DNA of 64,000 nucleotides from Escherichia coli (GTDB lineage Bacteria; Pseudomonadota; Gammaproteobacteria; Enterobacterales; Enterobacteriaceae): NCBI RefSeq assembly GCF_022846255.1, contig NZ_AP025682.1; one strand, 5' to 3'. Shown piece by piece: positions 62,094 to 64,000 of this stretch (position 1 is its first letter; each line of letters starts with the position of its first letter). The notes under the pieces were generated by a model. It saw only the letters and a program-made list of their open reading frames with translations, ran no database searches and was not told where the DNA came from. The position numbers and the translations under genes were made by a program.

Positions 62094-62756
62094 ATGGATT
62101 ATACGCTCACCCGCATAGATCCCAACGGTGAGAACGACCGTTACCCCCTGCAAAAGCAGGAGATCGTAACCGACCCTCTGGAGCAAGAAGTTAACAAAAA
62201 CGTGTTTATGGGCAAGCTCAATGACATGGTTAACTGGGGTCGTAAAAACTCAATTTGGCCGTATAACTTCGGTCTTTCCTGCTGTTACGTTGAGATGGTG
62301 ACTTCGTTTACCGCGGTGCATGACGTGGCGCGTTTTGGCGCAGAAGTATTGCGAGCTTCGCCGCGTCAGGCTGACCTGATGGTGGTGGCAGGAACCTGCT
62401 TTACCAAAATGGCACCGGTTATTCAGCGTCTGTATGACCAGATGCTGGAGCCAAAATGGGTTATCTCAATGGGTGCCTGTGCCAACTCTGGCGGTATGTA
62501 CGATATTTATTCCGTTGTGCAGGGCGTCGATAAATTCATCCCGGTTGATGTGTATATCCCGGGCTGCCCGCCGCGTCCTGAAGCGTACATGCAGGCACTG
62601 ATGCTGTTGCAGGAATCTATCGGTAAAGAACGTCGTCCGCTCTCCTGGGTGGTTGGCGATCAGGGCGTTTATCGCGCCAATATGCAATCAGAGCGCGAAC
62701 GCAAGCGCGGTGAACGCATTGCCGTAACCAACCTGCGTACACCTGACGAGATTTAA
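62094..62756 (+). CDS. nuoB: NADH-quinone oxidoreductase subunit B
   Basis: 220 aa with Fe-S cluster-binding [14 protein letters not shown] and CPP motifs. Confidence 0.95.
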
Positions 62757-62849
62757 TTTGCGCCTGTCGGCAAAGGGATTTTTCTTCGCTTATTCCTAAA
62801 TCTATTTCGCGAAGCTTACTGCGCCGACAGTCACCACGGACCATTTGCA

Positions 62850-64000
62850 ATGGTGAACAATATGACCGACTTAACCGCGCAAGAACCCGCCTGGCAGACC
62901 TGCGATCATCTTGATGATCCGGTGATTGGCGAACTGCGCAACCGTTTTGGGCCGGATGCCTTTACTGTTCAGGCGACTCGCACCGGGGTTCCCGTTGTGT
63001 GGATCAAGCGTGAACAATTACTGGAAGTTGGCGATTTCTTAAAGAAACTGCCGAAACCTTACGTCATGCTGTTTGACTTACACGGCATGGACGAACGTCT
63101 GCGCACACACCGCGAAGGGTTACCTGCCGCGGATTTTTCCGTTTTCTACCATCTGATTTCTATCGATCGTAACCGCGACATCATGCTGAAGGTGGCGCTG
63201 GCAGAAAACGACCTGCACGTACCGACCTTCACCAAACTGTTCCCGAACGCTAACTGGTATGAGCGTGAGACCTGGGATCTGTTTGGCATTACTTTCGACG
63301 GTCACCCGAACCTGCGCCGCATCATGATGCCGCAAACCTGGAAAGGTCACCCGCTGCGTAAAGATTACCCGGCGCGCGCTACCGAATTCTCGCCGTTTGA
63401 GCTGACCAAAGCCAAACAGGATCTGGAGATGGAGGCCCTGACCTTCAAACCGGAAGAGTGGGGGATGAAGCGCGGCACCGAAAACGAGGACTTCATGTTC
63501 CTCAACCTCGGTCCGAACCACCCGTCTGCGCACGGTGCTTTCCGTATCGTTTTGCAGCTTGATGGCGAAGAGATTGTCGACTGCGTACCAGACATCGGTT
63601 ACCACCACCGTGGCGCAGAGAAAATGGGCGAACGCCAGTCCTGGCACAGCTACATTCCGTATACCGACCGTATCGAATACCTCGGCGGCTGCGTTAACGA
63701 AATGCCTTATGTGCTGGCGGTAGAGAAACTGGCTGGGATCACCGTGCCGGATCGCGTTAACGTCATTCGCGTAATGCTCTCCGAACTGTTCCGCATCAAC
63801 AGTCACCTGCTGTATATCTCCACCTTTATTCAGGACGTCGGCGCGATGACGCCAGTGTTCTTCGCCTTTACCGATCGTCAGAAAATTTACGATCTGGTGG
63901 AAGCAATCACTGGTTTTCGTATGCACCCGGCGTGGTTCCGTATTGGCGGCGTAGCGCACGACCTGCCGCGCGGCTGGGATCGCCTGCTGCGTGAGTTCCT
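62850..64000 (+). CDS. nuoC: NADH-quinone oxidoreductase subunit C/D (fused NuoCD), 5' portion; CDS runs off the window end
   Basis: ATG at 62850 opens [17 protein letters not shown]...; the frame stays open to position 64000. It is absent from the ORF track only because it has no in-window stop. Confidence 0.9.
   Translation, partial: MVNNMTDLTAQEPAWQTCDHLDDPVIGELRNRFGPDAFTVQATRTGVPVVWIKREQLLEVGDFLKKLPKPYVMLFDLHGMDERLRTHREGLPAADFSVFYHLISIDRNRDIMLKVALAENDLHVPTFTKLFPNANWYERETWDLFGITFDGHPNLRRIMMPQTWKGHPLRKDYPARATEFSPFELTKAKQDLEMEALTFKPEEWGMKRGTENEDFMFLNLGPNHPSAHGAFRIVLQLDGEEIVDCVPDIGYHHRGAEKMGERQSWHSYIPYTDRIEYLGGCVNEMPYVLAVEKLAGITVPDRVNVIRVMLSELFRINSHLLYISTFIQDVGAMTPVFFAFTDRQKIYDLVEAITGFRMHPAWFRIGGVAHDLPRGWDRLLREF

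Overview
The window reads as a contiguous, gene-dense segment of an Escherichia coli chromosome with K-12-like gene order, and I found no convincing previously undescribed multi-gene system in it. Identification rests on recognising the translated ORFs and their order from memory; no database search was run. From memory the orientation is reversed relative to the K-12 map. Gene order is: integrase intS and tRNA-Arg argW (edge of an integrated island), yfdC, mlaA, fadL, yfcZ, fadI, fadJ, sixA, the yfcV-U-S-R-Q-P-O chaperone-usher fimbrial operon, smrB, prmB, aroC, mepA, yfcA, epmC, yfcL, mnmC, fabB, yfcJ, flk, pdxB, usg, truA, dedA, accD, folC, dedD, cvpA, purF, ubiX, argT, hisJQMP, rpnB (yfcI), yfcH, folX, yfcG, yfcF, yfcE, yfcD, yfcC, pta, ackA, yfbV, yfbU, yfbT, yfbS, yfbR, alaA, lrhA, nuoA, nuoB and the 5' part of nuoC. 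CDS coordinates come from the supplied ORF track, with starts trimmed where the family N-terminus, a signal peptide or a Shine-Dalgarno motif indicated a downstream start. Coordinates of small sites (operators, hairpins, REP units) were counted by hand and may be off by 1-2 nt. I saw no CRISPR array, rRNA, IS element or toxin-antitoxin pair. The least explained items are: (1) an 84-codon protein-like reading frame with no usable start between smrB and yfcO, in frame with smrB past two UGA codons; (2) a perfect 12-bp inverted repeat in the sixA leader; (3) the very AT-rich, repeat-bearing control region of an apparently intact yfc fimbrial operon; (4) the island junction at argW, whose cargo lies off-window.
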